Shown: positions 16,774 through 25,417, numbered from the stretch's first letter. The stretch: DNA of 58,144 bases from an uncultured Verrucomicrobiota bacterium (GCA_964481675.1 CAYZVY010000002.1:1-58144); one strand, 5' to 3'. Notes: generated by a model from the sequence alone, not told the origin. Numbers and translations: made by a program.

Positions 16774-18031
16774 GTCATCCGCTTCCCTCTTCGAGCGCGC
16801 AAGGAAGGTCATCCCGGGCGGCGTCAACAGCCCGGTGCGGGCCTTTGGCGCCGTGGGCGGCGCCCCGGTTTTCATGGAGCGCGGGGCCGGCGCCCGGCTG
16901 ACGACGGCGGACGGCCGGGAGCTGCTGGACTTCTGCGGCTCGTGGGGTCCGCTGATCCTGGGGCACGCGCATCCGAAGGTGGTGGAGGCGGTGTGCGCAG
17001 CCGTGCGGGACGGCACCAGTTTCGGAGCCAGCACCCGGCGCGAGGTGGAATTCGCCGAACTGATCTGCCGGCAGGCGCCGGCCCTGGAGCAGGTGCGGCT
17101 GGTCAGCTCGGGCACCGAGGCGGTCATGACGGCCCTGCGCCTGGCGCGCGGGGTCACCGGCCGCGCCGGCATCCTGAAATTCGACGGCGGCTACCACGGC
17201 CATGGCGACAGCATGCTGGCGGCGGCGGGCAGCGGCCTGCTGACCGGCGGCATCGCCTCAAGCGCGGGCGTTCCCGCGGGCGTGGTCGCCGACGTGGGGT
17301 CCGTGCCCTACAACGACCTGGCGGCGGTCGACGCCTGGGTCGGACAAAAAGGAGACAGCCTGGCGGCCATCATCGTGGAGCCGGCGGCCGGCAACATGGG
17401 CCTGGTGCCGCCGGAGCCCGGCTTCCTCGAAGGGCTGCGGGCGGCCTGCGACCGGTGCGGCGCGCTGCTGATCCTGGACGAGGTGATCACGGGCTTCCGG
17501 TTCGGCCCCACCACGTATGGAAACCTGCACGGGATCATCCCGGACCTGACCTGCCTCGGGAAAATCATCGGCGGCGGCCTGCCGCTGGGAGCGGTGGGCG
17601 GAACACGCTCCGTCATGGAGGCGCTGGCGCCGCTGGGCCCCGTCTACCAGGCCGGGACCCTGAGCGGCAACCCGGCAGCCGTGGCGGCGGGAATGGCGAC
17701 CCTGACCGCGCTGCTGGAGGAGAAGCCCTATGAGAGGCTGGACGCGCTCGGGCGGATGCTGGCGGAGGGCGTGAACCGGATTGCGCGGGAAAAAGGAATA
17801 GCCTTACACGCGGCGCAGGCCGGCAGCCTGTTCACGCCCTTTTTCCGCAAGGAAAGGGTGCGGAATCTGGCGGATACCAAGGCCTGCGACACGCGGGCCT
17901 TCGCCCTCTTTTTCAACCGCATGCTCGAGCGGGGCATTTACCTGCCGCCCTCGCCGTTCGAAGTCTCGTTCATCTCCAGCGCGCACACCGACGCCGACGT
18001 GGAGCGTTTCCTGTCGGCCGTGGCGAATTAG
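16766..18031 (+). CDS. hemL: Glutamate-1-semialdehyde 2,1-aminomutase
   Basis: 421 aa. IPGGVNSPVRAF, and class-III aminotransferase organisation over the full length. It overlaps the hemB end by 8 nt. Confidence 0.9.
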   Translation: MTESSASLFERARKVIPGGVNSPVRAFGAVGGAPVFMERGAGARLTTADGRELLDFCGSWGPLILGHAHPKVVEAVCAAVRDGTSFGASTRREVEFAELICRQAPALEQVRLVSSGTEAVMTALRLARGVTGRAGILKFDGGYHGHGDSMLAAAGSGLLTGGIASSAGVPAGVVADVGSVPYNDLAAVDAWVGQKGDSLAAIIVEPAAGNMGLVPPEPGFLEGLRAACDRCGALLILDEVITGFRFGPTTYGNLHGIIPDLTCLGKIIGGGLPLGAVGGTRSVMEALAPLGPVYQAGTLSGNPAAVAAGMATLTALLEEKPYERLDALGRMLAEGVNRIAREKGIALHAAQAGSLFTPFFRKERVRNLADTKACDTRAFALFFNRMLERGIYLPPSPFEVSFISSAHTDADVERFLSAVAN

Positions 18032-18672
18032 AACCACAGGTCGGCGTGGATGCCGAAGCCGGGCTTTTCGGAGTAGTTGGCCTCCACCGTCACAACAAAC
18101 TGGTCAGCGGGCACAATCTCAAGGCCCACGTTGACCGCCGGGTTGTAGACATCCCAGTCGCTGTCGTCACCGACATCGAAATCCTCCAGCTTGGAATGCA
18201 TGACGCCGGCACGGACGAACGGCCGGGCCATGCCATAGCCTGACACCCGGAGCACGCCCTGCGCCGTCCACTGGCTGTAGGTGGCGCTATGCGTCACCCC
18301 GCCCGCCTGCTCCAGGTCCACGTCGCCCTGGTGAAAACTGGCCGAGAGGCCCGCATCGATCGGAATCATGAAATCCTCGGCCCGCGCCAACCAGAGCGTG
18401 CCGCCGAAGCCGACAAAGGTGGCGGAGTCGGCCTCGTAATCGTCCCACTCGGCCGACTGGGAGCCAACATCCAGATACAGGGAGAACCAGCGCTCGTCCC
18501 GGAACTGGAAGCGGCCGCCGACATAATCGAACGACAGGTCCTGATCGCTCACCTGGTTGTCGATGCGCGTCTCATAAAAGCCGCCCACCGAGAAACCCGG
18601 CACATCCTGCGCCGACGCCGCGCCTGCCGCGAGGACCGCGACCACCCATCCAGCCATCATGATCCGTTTCAT
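18028..18672 (-). CDS. Outer-membrane beta-barrel protein (OmpW/OmpA-barrel-like)
   Basis: Signal peptide MKRIMMAGWVVAVLAAGAASAQD, alternating amphipathic strands, and a C-terminal aromatic residue (ADLWF). Confidence 0.65.
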   Translation of the reverse strand: MKRIMMAGWVVAVLAAGAASAQDVPGFSVGGFYETRIDNQVSDQDLSFDYVGGRFQFRDERWFSLYLDVGSQSAEWDDYEADSATFVGFGGTLWLARAEDFMIPIDAGLSASFHQGDVDLEQAGGVTHSATYSQWTAQGVLRVSGYGMARPFVRAGVMHSKLEDFDVGDDSDWDVYNPAVNVGLEIVPADQFVVTVEANYSEKPGFGIHADLWF

Positions 18673-18688
18673 GCGAACTCCTTGTTGA

Positions 18689-19288
18689 TCAGCGCCCGAA
18701 CCAGGACCGATACTGTTCCTTCCGGATTTCCTTTTCCTGGGCCCAGTCCAGGATGCCGGTCCTCAGATTTTTCAGGCTCATGGTGAACTTGTAGTAGACG
18801 TCCGTCTTGCTGCCCAGCCGCTCCTCGATCTGCGCCAGGTTCGCGACCAAGATGTATTCGGCCCCGTATTGCGTGCCCATCGGCACGGCCTTGGCCGGAT
18901 CCACCAGCCCGCTCTCGCGCTGGGCATGGAATTCATCAAGGGCCGCCTGGTCGGTCTGGCGATCAAGAAACCGGAACTTGCCCGACTGGATCAGCTTGGT
19001 CCGGATGGAGTCCGTGATGGATTCCGTGTCGATGTGCTGGAGCGTCTTGTTCTTTATCCGGTCCACCAGCATAACGGGCTTGCGTCCGGTGGTCGCCTCG
19101 CGCACCGCACTGTCGGCCAGCAGCGAATCGCACATGACCGCCGCAATCTGCTGCAGGTCGGACGAGCCGAAATTGGTGCTCAGCGGCGCGGCGGAAGTCG
19201 CATCGCCATAGCGTACCCGCGTCGCACACCCGGAACCGCCCAGCAGAAGGACCGCCATTGCCACGCTCGCACAAATGCCATATTTCAC
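18689..19288 (-). CDS. lpoB: LpoB-family lipoprotein (penicillin-binding-protein activator-like)
   Basis: GTG start with a GGGAGC RBS. Lipobox LLLGGSGC. KPVMLVDRIKNKTLQHIDTESITDSIRTKLIQSGKFRFLDR aligns to the E. coli LpoB C-terminal domain (LLVDSVNNRT...NNGKFTLV). Confidence 0.7.
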   Translation of the reverse strand: MKYGICASVAMAVLLLGGSGCATRVRYGDATSAAPLSTNFGSSDLQQIAAVMCDSLLADSAVREATTGRKPVMLVDRIKNKTLQHIDTESITDSIRTKLIQSGKFRFLDRQTDQAALDEFHAQRESGLVDPAKAVPMGTQYGAEYILVANLAQIEERLGSKTDVYYKFTMSLKNLRTGILDWAQEKEIRKEQYRSWFGR

Positions 19289-19300
19289 GTTGATGCTCCC

Positions 19301-19729
19301 TTAGTTGCGAATGTTGACCTTGAAGGATTTGACTTCCGGACTCGGAGCGACACCCTGGATGGTGATCGTCTCGTTGCCGTGCAGAATGACCGGGGTCCAG
19401 GCGTCGGTATTCGGAAGCACCTCAAGTCCGCCGGCATTGAACCAGGCGAATTTGTATTGGAATTTCGTCGAGCCGGCATACTTGGACGTCAGCACCACGT
19501 TCACCTTGAGCAGGTCGCCGGCCGTCTCGTGCCGGATGTCCACCACCTGGACCGTGCGGCCGAACTTGGCGTTGTTCACGATGATGGCGCGGCTCATGCC
19601 GGAATCCTCGGGCGCGTTCATCACGCCGATCACTTCGGTTCCGGAAGTCTTTTGCATGCAACCGGTTGCGCCCACCAAACAGAGCGCCAGCAGCGCGCCC
19701 GACAATACACATCTCCTGATGATGTCCAT
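19301..19729 (-). CDS. YcfL-like (DUF1425) lipoprotein
   Basis: Preferred start is MDIIRRCVLSGALLALCLVGATGC (AGGAGACGTCTCATG), with a lipobox. Small beta-rich protein. Adjacency to an lpoB-like gene matches the E. coli ycfL-lpoB arrangement. Confidence 0.55.
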   Translation of the reverse strand: MDIIRRCVLSGALLALCLVGATGCMQKTSGTEVIGVMNAPEDSGMSRAIIVNNAKFGRTVQVVDIRHETAGDLLKVNVVLTSKYAGSTKFQYKFAWFNAGGLEVLPNTDAWTPVILHGNETITIQGVAPSPEVKSFKVNIRN

Positions 19730-19979
19730 GAGACGTCTCCTTCTTGTTTCCTCTTTGACGCCGGAAAGGGTCGTCGCATTCAACAAAATCAGCTTACCCT
19801 CCCCCGCCGCGGGGTCAACTTAATTCTTGGGGGTCCCCCTCGTCATGATCAGCAACCGAAGGTGGGAGCGCCACACCGTTGGCGCGCGAGGCGCCGGATT
19901 TGCGCAGGATCGCGCGGACGGTGCCGCGCTCCCACATCCAGAGGCGAAGCCAGGGGCATGCGACTCGGGTGACAAACGG

Positions 19980-20648
19980 CTAAAACACGAACGCCAGCTT
20001 GAGGCCGACGACATTGGTGTCGGTCCAGAGGTCATCGTTCAGCTGCGACCGGACCAGGTAATACAGCTCGACCTTCACCCGGGGAATGACCTCGGCGGCG
20101 AAGCCGGCAGAGGCCCGATTTTCATTGAACTGCTGCTCGTCGCAGGAAAAATACAGCTCATCATCGACAAAGGGCCGGACCTTGTATGACGTCACACCCT
20201 TGGCCAGCTGCAGGCGCACGCGGTCGCGATAGCGCCATTCGTCGTTGGCCTCCTCGCGCAGGCGGTATTCCATCCGGCTGCGGTTGCTGAGCGTCAGCGG
20301 GCCGGAGTCGCCCTTGATCTGGACGGTCACCTTGGGCACCTGTTCATCGAGCCATTCGCTGCCCTTCTTCGACTGGATAAATTCGTCGCCGAAGGTGATA
20401 TCCAGCCAGGGGGCGGCTTTCCAGACCAAATAGGGCTCATAGCTCTTGTAAAAATAGTCGCTCATGCTGTCGCCCCACCGGGCGCCGAGGTCGATGCCGA
20501 TCCGGATATCCTGGCCCGGGCCGGACTCCGCGCCGGAACCGGTCTCCGCGCCGGCAGCCAGCCAGAGCTGGGAGTCCCCCTCCCGGTACGCCATCGCCTG
20601 GGTCGCCGCCAGCGCCAACACCGCCGCCATCATCGTCCGCCTGTTCAT
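19980..20648 (-). CDS. Outer-membrane beta-barrel-like protein (DUF2490-like)
   Basis: Signal peptide MNRRTMMAAVLALAATQAMA, W/Y-rich alternating strands, and a C-terminal LKLAFVF. The family assignment is from memory only. Confidence 0.5.
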   Translation of the reverse strand: MNRRTMMAAVLALAATQAMAYREGDSQLWLAAGAETGSGAESGPGQDIRIGIDLGARWGDSMSDYFYKSYEPYLVWKAAPWLDITFGDEFIQSKKGSEWLDEQVPKVTVQIKGDSGPLTLSNRSRMEYRLREEANDEWRYRDRVRLQLAKGVTSYKVRPFVDDELYFSCDEQQFNENRASAGFAAEVIPRVKVELYYLVRSQLNDDLWTDTNVVGLKLAFVF

Positions 20649-20814
20649 GCCATGCCTTTCTGTTTCCACAATAAGCGCCGCGGACCCGGCCCAGGTTCAA
20701 CCCCAATACTCTACTAATTCGATAGACTATAAGGGCGATCGCATACAGGATCAAGTTTTTTAAATGTACTGGCCGATGCCGGAACGGCCCATGCGGCGCA
20801 AGCCCAGCCGCGCC

Positions 20815-20843
20815 TTGACAGTTCCGCCCTGACACGCAATACT
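20815..20843 (+). promoter_or_regulatory. Sigma-70-like promoter for the 20869 gene
   Basis: TTGACA (20815-20820), a 17-nt spacer, then AATACT (20838-20843). GAGG lies 6 nt before ATG 20869. Confidence 0.4.
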
Positions 20844-20868
20844 CCCCGCCACTACCCGTGAGGACGCC

Positions 20869-21741
20869 ATGCGCCTACCCCGCTTCTGGATCAAAGCTTC
20901 CTGCTCCGGCACCACCCCCGAGGGCGAACCGCTCCAGGTCGACGCCTGGGGCTGGTCGCGCGACTCCGCCGCCGACGCGGAGGCAGTCGGACTCCAGCGC
21001 GCACGAAAGGGTCTGGAGCGGCTTCTGAAAAACCGCGACAAGGGGCCGGCCTCCGACTACGACTACCTGGACCTCCCCATGCGCGAGGAGATCGTCGAGG
21101 AACTCGGCCCGCCGGAACAACCCCTCGGAGCCATCACCCGCAACCGCTCCGGCGCGCTGATCCTCAACACGGCCTCCGTGCTCTTTGCCGACGTCGACTT
21201 CCCCCCGCCCAAAGCCAACGGGTTCTGGGACGCCATCGTCCTCCTGTTCTCAGCCGAACGCCGAGCCGAGCGCGCCGAGGAGGCCCGCCAGGCCGCCGTG
21301 GCTTCCGTTAAAACCTGGATCTCCCGGAACCCGCAGCGCACCCTGCGCCTCTACCGCACGGCCGCCGGCATGCGGCTGCTCTTCACCGACAGGCTCTATC
21401 AGCCCACGTCGGACGACACGCTGGCCCTGCTCCACGAACTCGGGAGCGACAAGCTGTATATCCGCCTGACCCGGAAACAGGAATCCTTCCGCGCCCGGCT
21501 GACCCCCAAGCCGAGGCGCTGCGGCCAGCCGCACGGCGCCATCGCCTACCCGTTCGCCAGTCCGGCCGAAGAGGAAAAGGCCCGGATCTGGCGCCGGGAC
21601 TATGAACAGAAATGCGCCGGCTTCCGGGTCTGCGACCTGGTCACCGTCTCGGGCCGCGACTCCCAAGACCCCGCCATCAAGGCCGTCGTCGACCTGCACG
21701 ACCGCTATACCTGCCAGCCGCGCACCGGAAAACTGGCGTAA
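20869..21741 (+). CDS. Hypothetical protein, no domain recognised
   Basis: 290 aa. GC3-rich codon usage like its neighbours, and no signal peptide. It is a monocistronic unit with its own promoter-like sequence. Confidence 0.6.
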   Translation: MRLPRFWIKASCSGTTPEGEPLQVDAWGWSRDSAADAEAVGLQRARKGLERLLKNRDKGPASDYDYLDLPMREEIVEELGPPEQPLGAITRNRSGALILNTASVLFADVDFPPPKANGFWDAIVLLFSAERRAERAEEARQAAVASVKTWISRNPQRTLRLYRTAAGMRLLFTDRLYQPTSDDTLALLHELGSDKLYIRLTRKQESFRARLTPKPRRCGQPHGAIAYPFASPAEEEKARIWRRDYEQKCAGFRVCDLVTVSGRDSQDPAIKAVVDLHDRYTCQPRTGKLA

Positions 21742-21775
21742 GACGGCAAGCGGGCAGCGTGATGGAATGCGCCCT

Positions 21776-22456
21776 TTACGGGATGGTCTTGATAACGTTA
21801 AAATCGTCGAAATAGTAATTGTTGGACGTCGTGAAGTCCATATTTTCGGATTGCCCCACAATATACGGCGCCATCACGAGCGGCGTCCCCGGGGGAACCG
21901 CCCACCAGACGTTCAGATTCACCGCGCCTGCCTTGGACGTCCACGAGTAGTCCATCGCCCGCTGCCAGATCGTCAACTTGCCGGTCGTCGCGTTATAGCG
22001 TATGACCAGGAAAAACACGCTGAGCGTCTGGGGCAGCGAAAAGGACTTGGCGCGGCCATCGCCCGACACCACAATATCCCGCTGGCCATCGTAAGAGCGA
22101 ACGGTCACGGCGACATATTTCGCCCCGGACAGATAGCCATTCGCCAAACCCAGTCCAAGATATGCCGAAGCCGTTGGCTCATCAACCTTGGGCAGGCAGA
22201 TCAGGGTTGACACTTCAAGCATGTCGCCGCTATTCAGCGTATAGGGCGTTTTCCAATACCAGCTGGCGCTCCTGACCCCGCTGGCCCCCAAGGCGTTGTA
22301 ATAAAGCCGGGTATTGGTTTCCACCAGGCGGCCCATATTCCCCGCCGGCACCTTCCACAACGCCTTGTTCCGGACGCTGTCGTTAAAATCATCGCCACCG
22401 TAAGCCAGGCCCGCCCACAACCCGACGATAACCCAGATCCCCCATGTCTTTTTCAT
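21776..22456 (-). CDS. Small secreted protein, paralog 1 of 3 (jelly-roll/concanavalin-like fold guessed)
   Basis: Start MKKTWGIWVIVGLWAGLAYG (GGGAGA RBS). It shares GDDFNDSVRNKALW near the N-terminus and YFDDFNV...IP at the C-terminus with the genes at 23734 and 24560. Confidence 0.7.
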   Translation of the reverse strand: MKKTWGIWVIVGLWAGLAYGGDDFNDSVRNKALWKVPAGNMGRLVETNTRLYYNALGASGVRSASWYWKTPYTLNSGDMLEVSTLICLPKVDEPTASAYLGLGLANGYLSGAKYVAVTVRSYDGQRDIVVSGDGRAKSFSLPQTLSVFFLVIRYNATTGKLTIWQRAMDYSWTSKAGAVNLNVWWAVPPGTPLVMAPYIVGQSENMDFTTSNNYYFDDFNVIKTIP

Positions 22457-22525
22457 CGCATCTCCCGGTATGAGTATGTTCACGCCCCTCTTCATAAAGA
22501 TTCATATTAAAATAGCAAAAAAGGC

Positions 22526-23632
22526 ATGTCAAACGGTTTTCTTGTTTTCTCCATTGCCTCACCGCATACTGATCAAAATATGAACACTCCCTCCGCCCCC
22601 TGCCTGGTGGCCGTATGGCCCGAACCGATCGAGCTGGTCAATGCCAAGCCCGATATGTCGCGGCCCGACGTGATCCGCCGCATCCCCGTCAAGGGCCCCG
22701 CCAATACCCCCATCCGCATCTCCGCCGAAGTGCGCTCCGAAGGCGTGGCCGGTACGCCCGGCATGGCCGCCGTGGCCTTCTTCAACCTGAAATATGCCGC
22801 CGGCCCGATCTTCTGGGACATGTTCCTGTATCCGGATACCGGCACCACCCCCTGGCGGACCCTCAGCTGCGAATGCCGCGCCCGCGGCGACCTGAAGGAG
22901 GCTGAGCTTCATATCCGTTTCCATGCCAAAGGGAAGCTCTCGATCCGAAACCTGCGCGTGGATACGCTGGAACCCTGGGCCGACGACACCGATGCCGTCA
23001 TCGCCGTGTTCGGGGACAGCACCGACATGACCTGCTATCTTCCCTATGAACACCGCCTGACGAGGCAATTGGAACTGCTATTGCGAGACCGGTTCGACGA
23101 TCGGCGCATCGACGTGCACGGGATGGCCGAGGGCGGCGAGACGCTGAAGCGGCTGGTGGAATCGGGCCGGCTCGACCGCGAACTGGGCGTCCTGCCCCGG
23201 ATCGATGTGGCCATGATCCGCTACGGCCTGAACGACCGCAACCTGAAGGTTCCCTCCGACACCTACACCCCCCTGCTTCACGATGCCTGCGAGCGGATCT
23301 TGCGTCGTCATCCAAAAGCGCAGATTGTACTGTCGACGACCATTCCGGCCGAAGGCTCCGACGTGTTCAACCGTCAGGCCGCTGCGGTGGCGGCGGAGCG
23401 GAAACTGCCGCTGATCGACCTGGACGCATTCATGCGCGAACGGACGGCGGCGGGCGACTGGGACTGGCACAACAACCCGAACCACAAGCTCGGCCGGCAT
23501 CGGTGCGTCCTGCCGGCGGAAAACCCGACCGGCCTGAAAGGCGACATCCATCCCAACGCCCACGGGTCACGGATGATCGCCGCGTGCTATTTCGCGCACC
23601 TGGAGCCCATTCTCGAAGGCAAGTGGAAATAG
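22526..23632 (+). CDS. SGNH/GDSL-family hydrolase (esterase) with an N-terminal beta-sandwich-like domain
   Basis: Block I VIAVFGDSTD, block III YGLNDRN, and block V GDIHPNAHG (D-x-x-H). Confidence 0.75.
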   Translation: MSNGFLVFSIASPHTDQNMNTPSAPCLVAVWPEPIELVNAKPDMSRPDVIRRIPVKGPANTPIRISAEVRSEGVAGTPGMAAVAFFNLKYAAGPIFWDMFLYPDTGTTPWRTLSCECRARGDLKEAELHIRFHAKGKLSIRNLRVDTLEPWADDTDAVIAVFGDSTDMTCYLPYEHRLTRQLELLLRDRFDDRRIDVHGMAEGGETLKRLVESGRLDRELGVLPRIDVAMIRYGLNDRNLKVPSDTYTPLLHDACERILRRHPKAQIVLSTTIPAEGSDVFNRQAAAVAAERKLPLIDLDAFMRERTAAGDWDWHNNPNHKLGRHRCVLPAENPTGLKGDIHPNAHGSRMIAACYFAHLEPILEGKWK

Positions 23633-23646
23633 CCGGCATGGCCGTC

Positions 23647-23671
23647 ACGCGGCCAGCGGCCGCGTCCACAG
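23647..23671. repeat. 25-nt GC-rich hairpin element, copy A (identical copy at 38669-38693)
   Basis: ACGCGGCCAGCGGCCGCGTCCACAG read at both sites. It contains the 8-bp stem ACGCGGCC/GGCCGCGT with loop AGC. Confidence 0.8.
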
Positions 23672-23733
23672 CAGATCGTCTTCTGTGGCCGCCCCCGTTG
23701 GGGGCGGTAACCGCATGGTGATTGTTTTGAGAA

Positions 23734-24462
23734 TCAAGGCCGGATATGGGTGATCTTGAAGTTGTCGAAGGAAACAGCTTTCGTTTCATCCACCCGGGTC
23801 TTGTAGGTGGCAAAAACCAGATAGGCCTGCAGGTTCACGGAACTGCCCGGCCACAGATTCCACTCCTTGTTCAAGTCAATGACCTTCAACTTGTCCCAGC
23901 TCTGTTCCGGAGCGGTCTTGCACCATAGAGAAAGCATGCCGGAAGCCGTGTTATACCGCATCTTGAAATAATATTTGGCCCCATCGCCGGGCATCGCAAG
24001 TCCCCATCCGACGGAAGTCAGATCCGGCTTGAACACATTCAGATTAAGGTGCCGGCCCGACTGAAGCCGGCGGAGCAACACAAACACGCTTTGCTCGGGA
24101 ATCGAATTCGGGATCGTGAGCCCCAATTCCATCGACACATAGGCATCGGAAGCCGAGCCGATGGGAAACAGCGGCAGGCGGAAAACCGCTTCCGTTTCCA
24201 GGATATCCTGGCTGACCAGATGAATGGCGGGCTTCTGAAGCCACGTGATGGCGTGATAATCCTTAAGCGGATTCAGCACGCCCGAGGTGCCATACAGGCG
24301 GCCTCCCGTCTCGACAAACTTTCCCTCGAAATAATTGTCAACTGACCACAGCGCCTTGTTCCGAACGCCATCGCTGAACGTGTCGGAATAGGTGGTCACG
24401 CCGCCGGAAGCCGCGCCGGCGGCCAATCCCGTCAGAACCGCAATCAGATAGACTCGTTTCAT
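23734..24462 (-). CDS. Small secreted protein, paralog 2 of 3
   Basis: Track ORF trimmed to MKRVYLIAVLTGLAAGAASG (GGGAGGGGATATG). Shared motifs are YSDTFSDGVRNKALW and SFDNFKITHIRP. Confidence 0.7.
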   Translation of the reverse strand: MKRVYLIAVLTGLAAGAASGGVTTYSDTFSDGVRNKALWSVDNYFEGKFVETGGRLYGTSGVLNPLKDYHAITWLQKPAIHLVSQDILETEAVFRLPLFPIGSASDAYVSMELGLTIPNSIPEQSVFVLLRRLQSGRHLNLNVFKPDLTSVGWGLAMPGDGAKYYFKMRYNTASGMLSLWCKTAPEQSWDKLKVIDLNKEWNLWPGSSVNLQAYLVFATYKTRVDETKAVSFDNFKITHIRP

Positions 24463-24559
24463 ATCCCCTCCCGTGATGACTGCGATCATGCGGCACCCCC
24501 GCCGGAGAGTCAAGCCCGTGGATGACAGCCCGTGGCCTTCCCGGGCGAATGCCCGGAAA

Positions 24560-25279
24560 TCAGGGCACAATGAGCCGGGCCGTGAAGTTATCCAGGTAAA
24601 CCGGGTCCAGGAAAAAGAACCCTTTGTTCTGGGTCCTGATGCGGACATAGGGCCGGAGAAACGGCATGTCGGCAGGAGTCAAGCCCCAGATCGTCGCGAT
24701 GCTCATCGTGTGCACCAGCGTCCAGGTTTCGACCGCAGGCTTGCGCCACCACAGTCCCACAGTATTCTTTTTTGAATTGTACCTGAGCTTCAGGTACAAC
24801 TTCGCGGCGCCATCGGGAACAAGGATGGCATAGCTTACCGGGGAGGCGGTTTCATTATAAAGTGACAGGCTGAGAACCCGGTTGGTGGAAAAGTTGAACA
24901 CCTTCGCCCGGGCGCTCAGGTTGGAGTGGACACCGACGATGGACCAACCGATCTCCAACTCGACCAACCGGTTCGTGGGGACCGCTCCCTCGGGAAACCG
25001 GAACAGCGCCTCGACCTCCAGGATGTCGTTGGGGACCACCCACTGGATGGGCTGCATGTTCCACCGGGCAAACCGGTTGTAATAGGACGGCTTGTTGGTC
25101 CCGGCATATCCATAGAGATGGCCGCCTGTTTCAGCCATAAAACCATCCCGGGAATAGTCCGTTATCCACATCGACCTGTTCCGGACCCCGTCATTGAAAT
25201 CATCCGAATATGTCAGGACCGTCCCCCTGGCCAGACCCGCCATCGTCAATAAAACCAGCGCGACATAAATTCGTTTCAA
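24560..25279 (-). CDS. Small secreted protein, paralog 3 of 3 (TTG start)
   Basis: This is the C-terminal 239 codons of the track ORF 24560..26506. TTG at 25279 is preceded by GGGAGG at 5 nt. The product starts (M)KRIYVALVLLTMAGLARG, and has YSDDFNDGVRNRSMW and YLDNFTARLIVP. Confidence 0.65.
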   Translation of the reverse strand: MKRIYVALVLLTMAGLARGTVLTYSDDFNDGVRNRSMWITDYSRDGFMAETGGHLYGYAGTNKPSYYNRFARWNMQPIQWVVPNDILEVEALFRFPEGAVPTNRLVELEIGWSIVGVHSNLSARAKVFNFSTNRVLSLSLYNETASPVSYAILVPDGAAKLYLKLRYNSKKNTVGLWWRKPAVETWTLVHTMSIATIWGLTPADMPFLRPYVRIRTQNKGFFFLDPVYLDNFTARLIVP

Positions 25280-25417
25280 GATGCCTCCCGATGTTTTTTG
25301 TAAGATTATATACAAACTCAGGTTTGTCAAAACTAATAGCCGCCATTCAGGACGGCATCGCCACTTGACCCGAACGCTCCGCGCCAGTATAAAGAGAAGC
25401 TTCGAAGGAGCCCTCCC

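Noticed and set aside
20670-20868. Possible tRNA (GGTTCAACC, T-loop-like) in the intergenic region
   Set aside because: There is no complementary T-stem, acceptor stem or anticodon arm around it, and no tRNA cloverleaf can be drawn.
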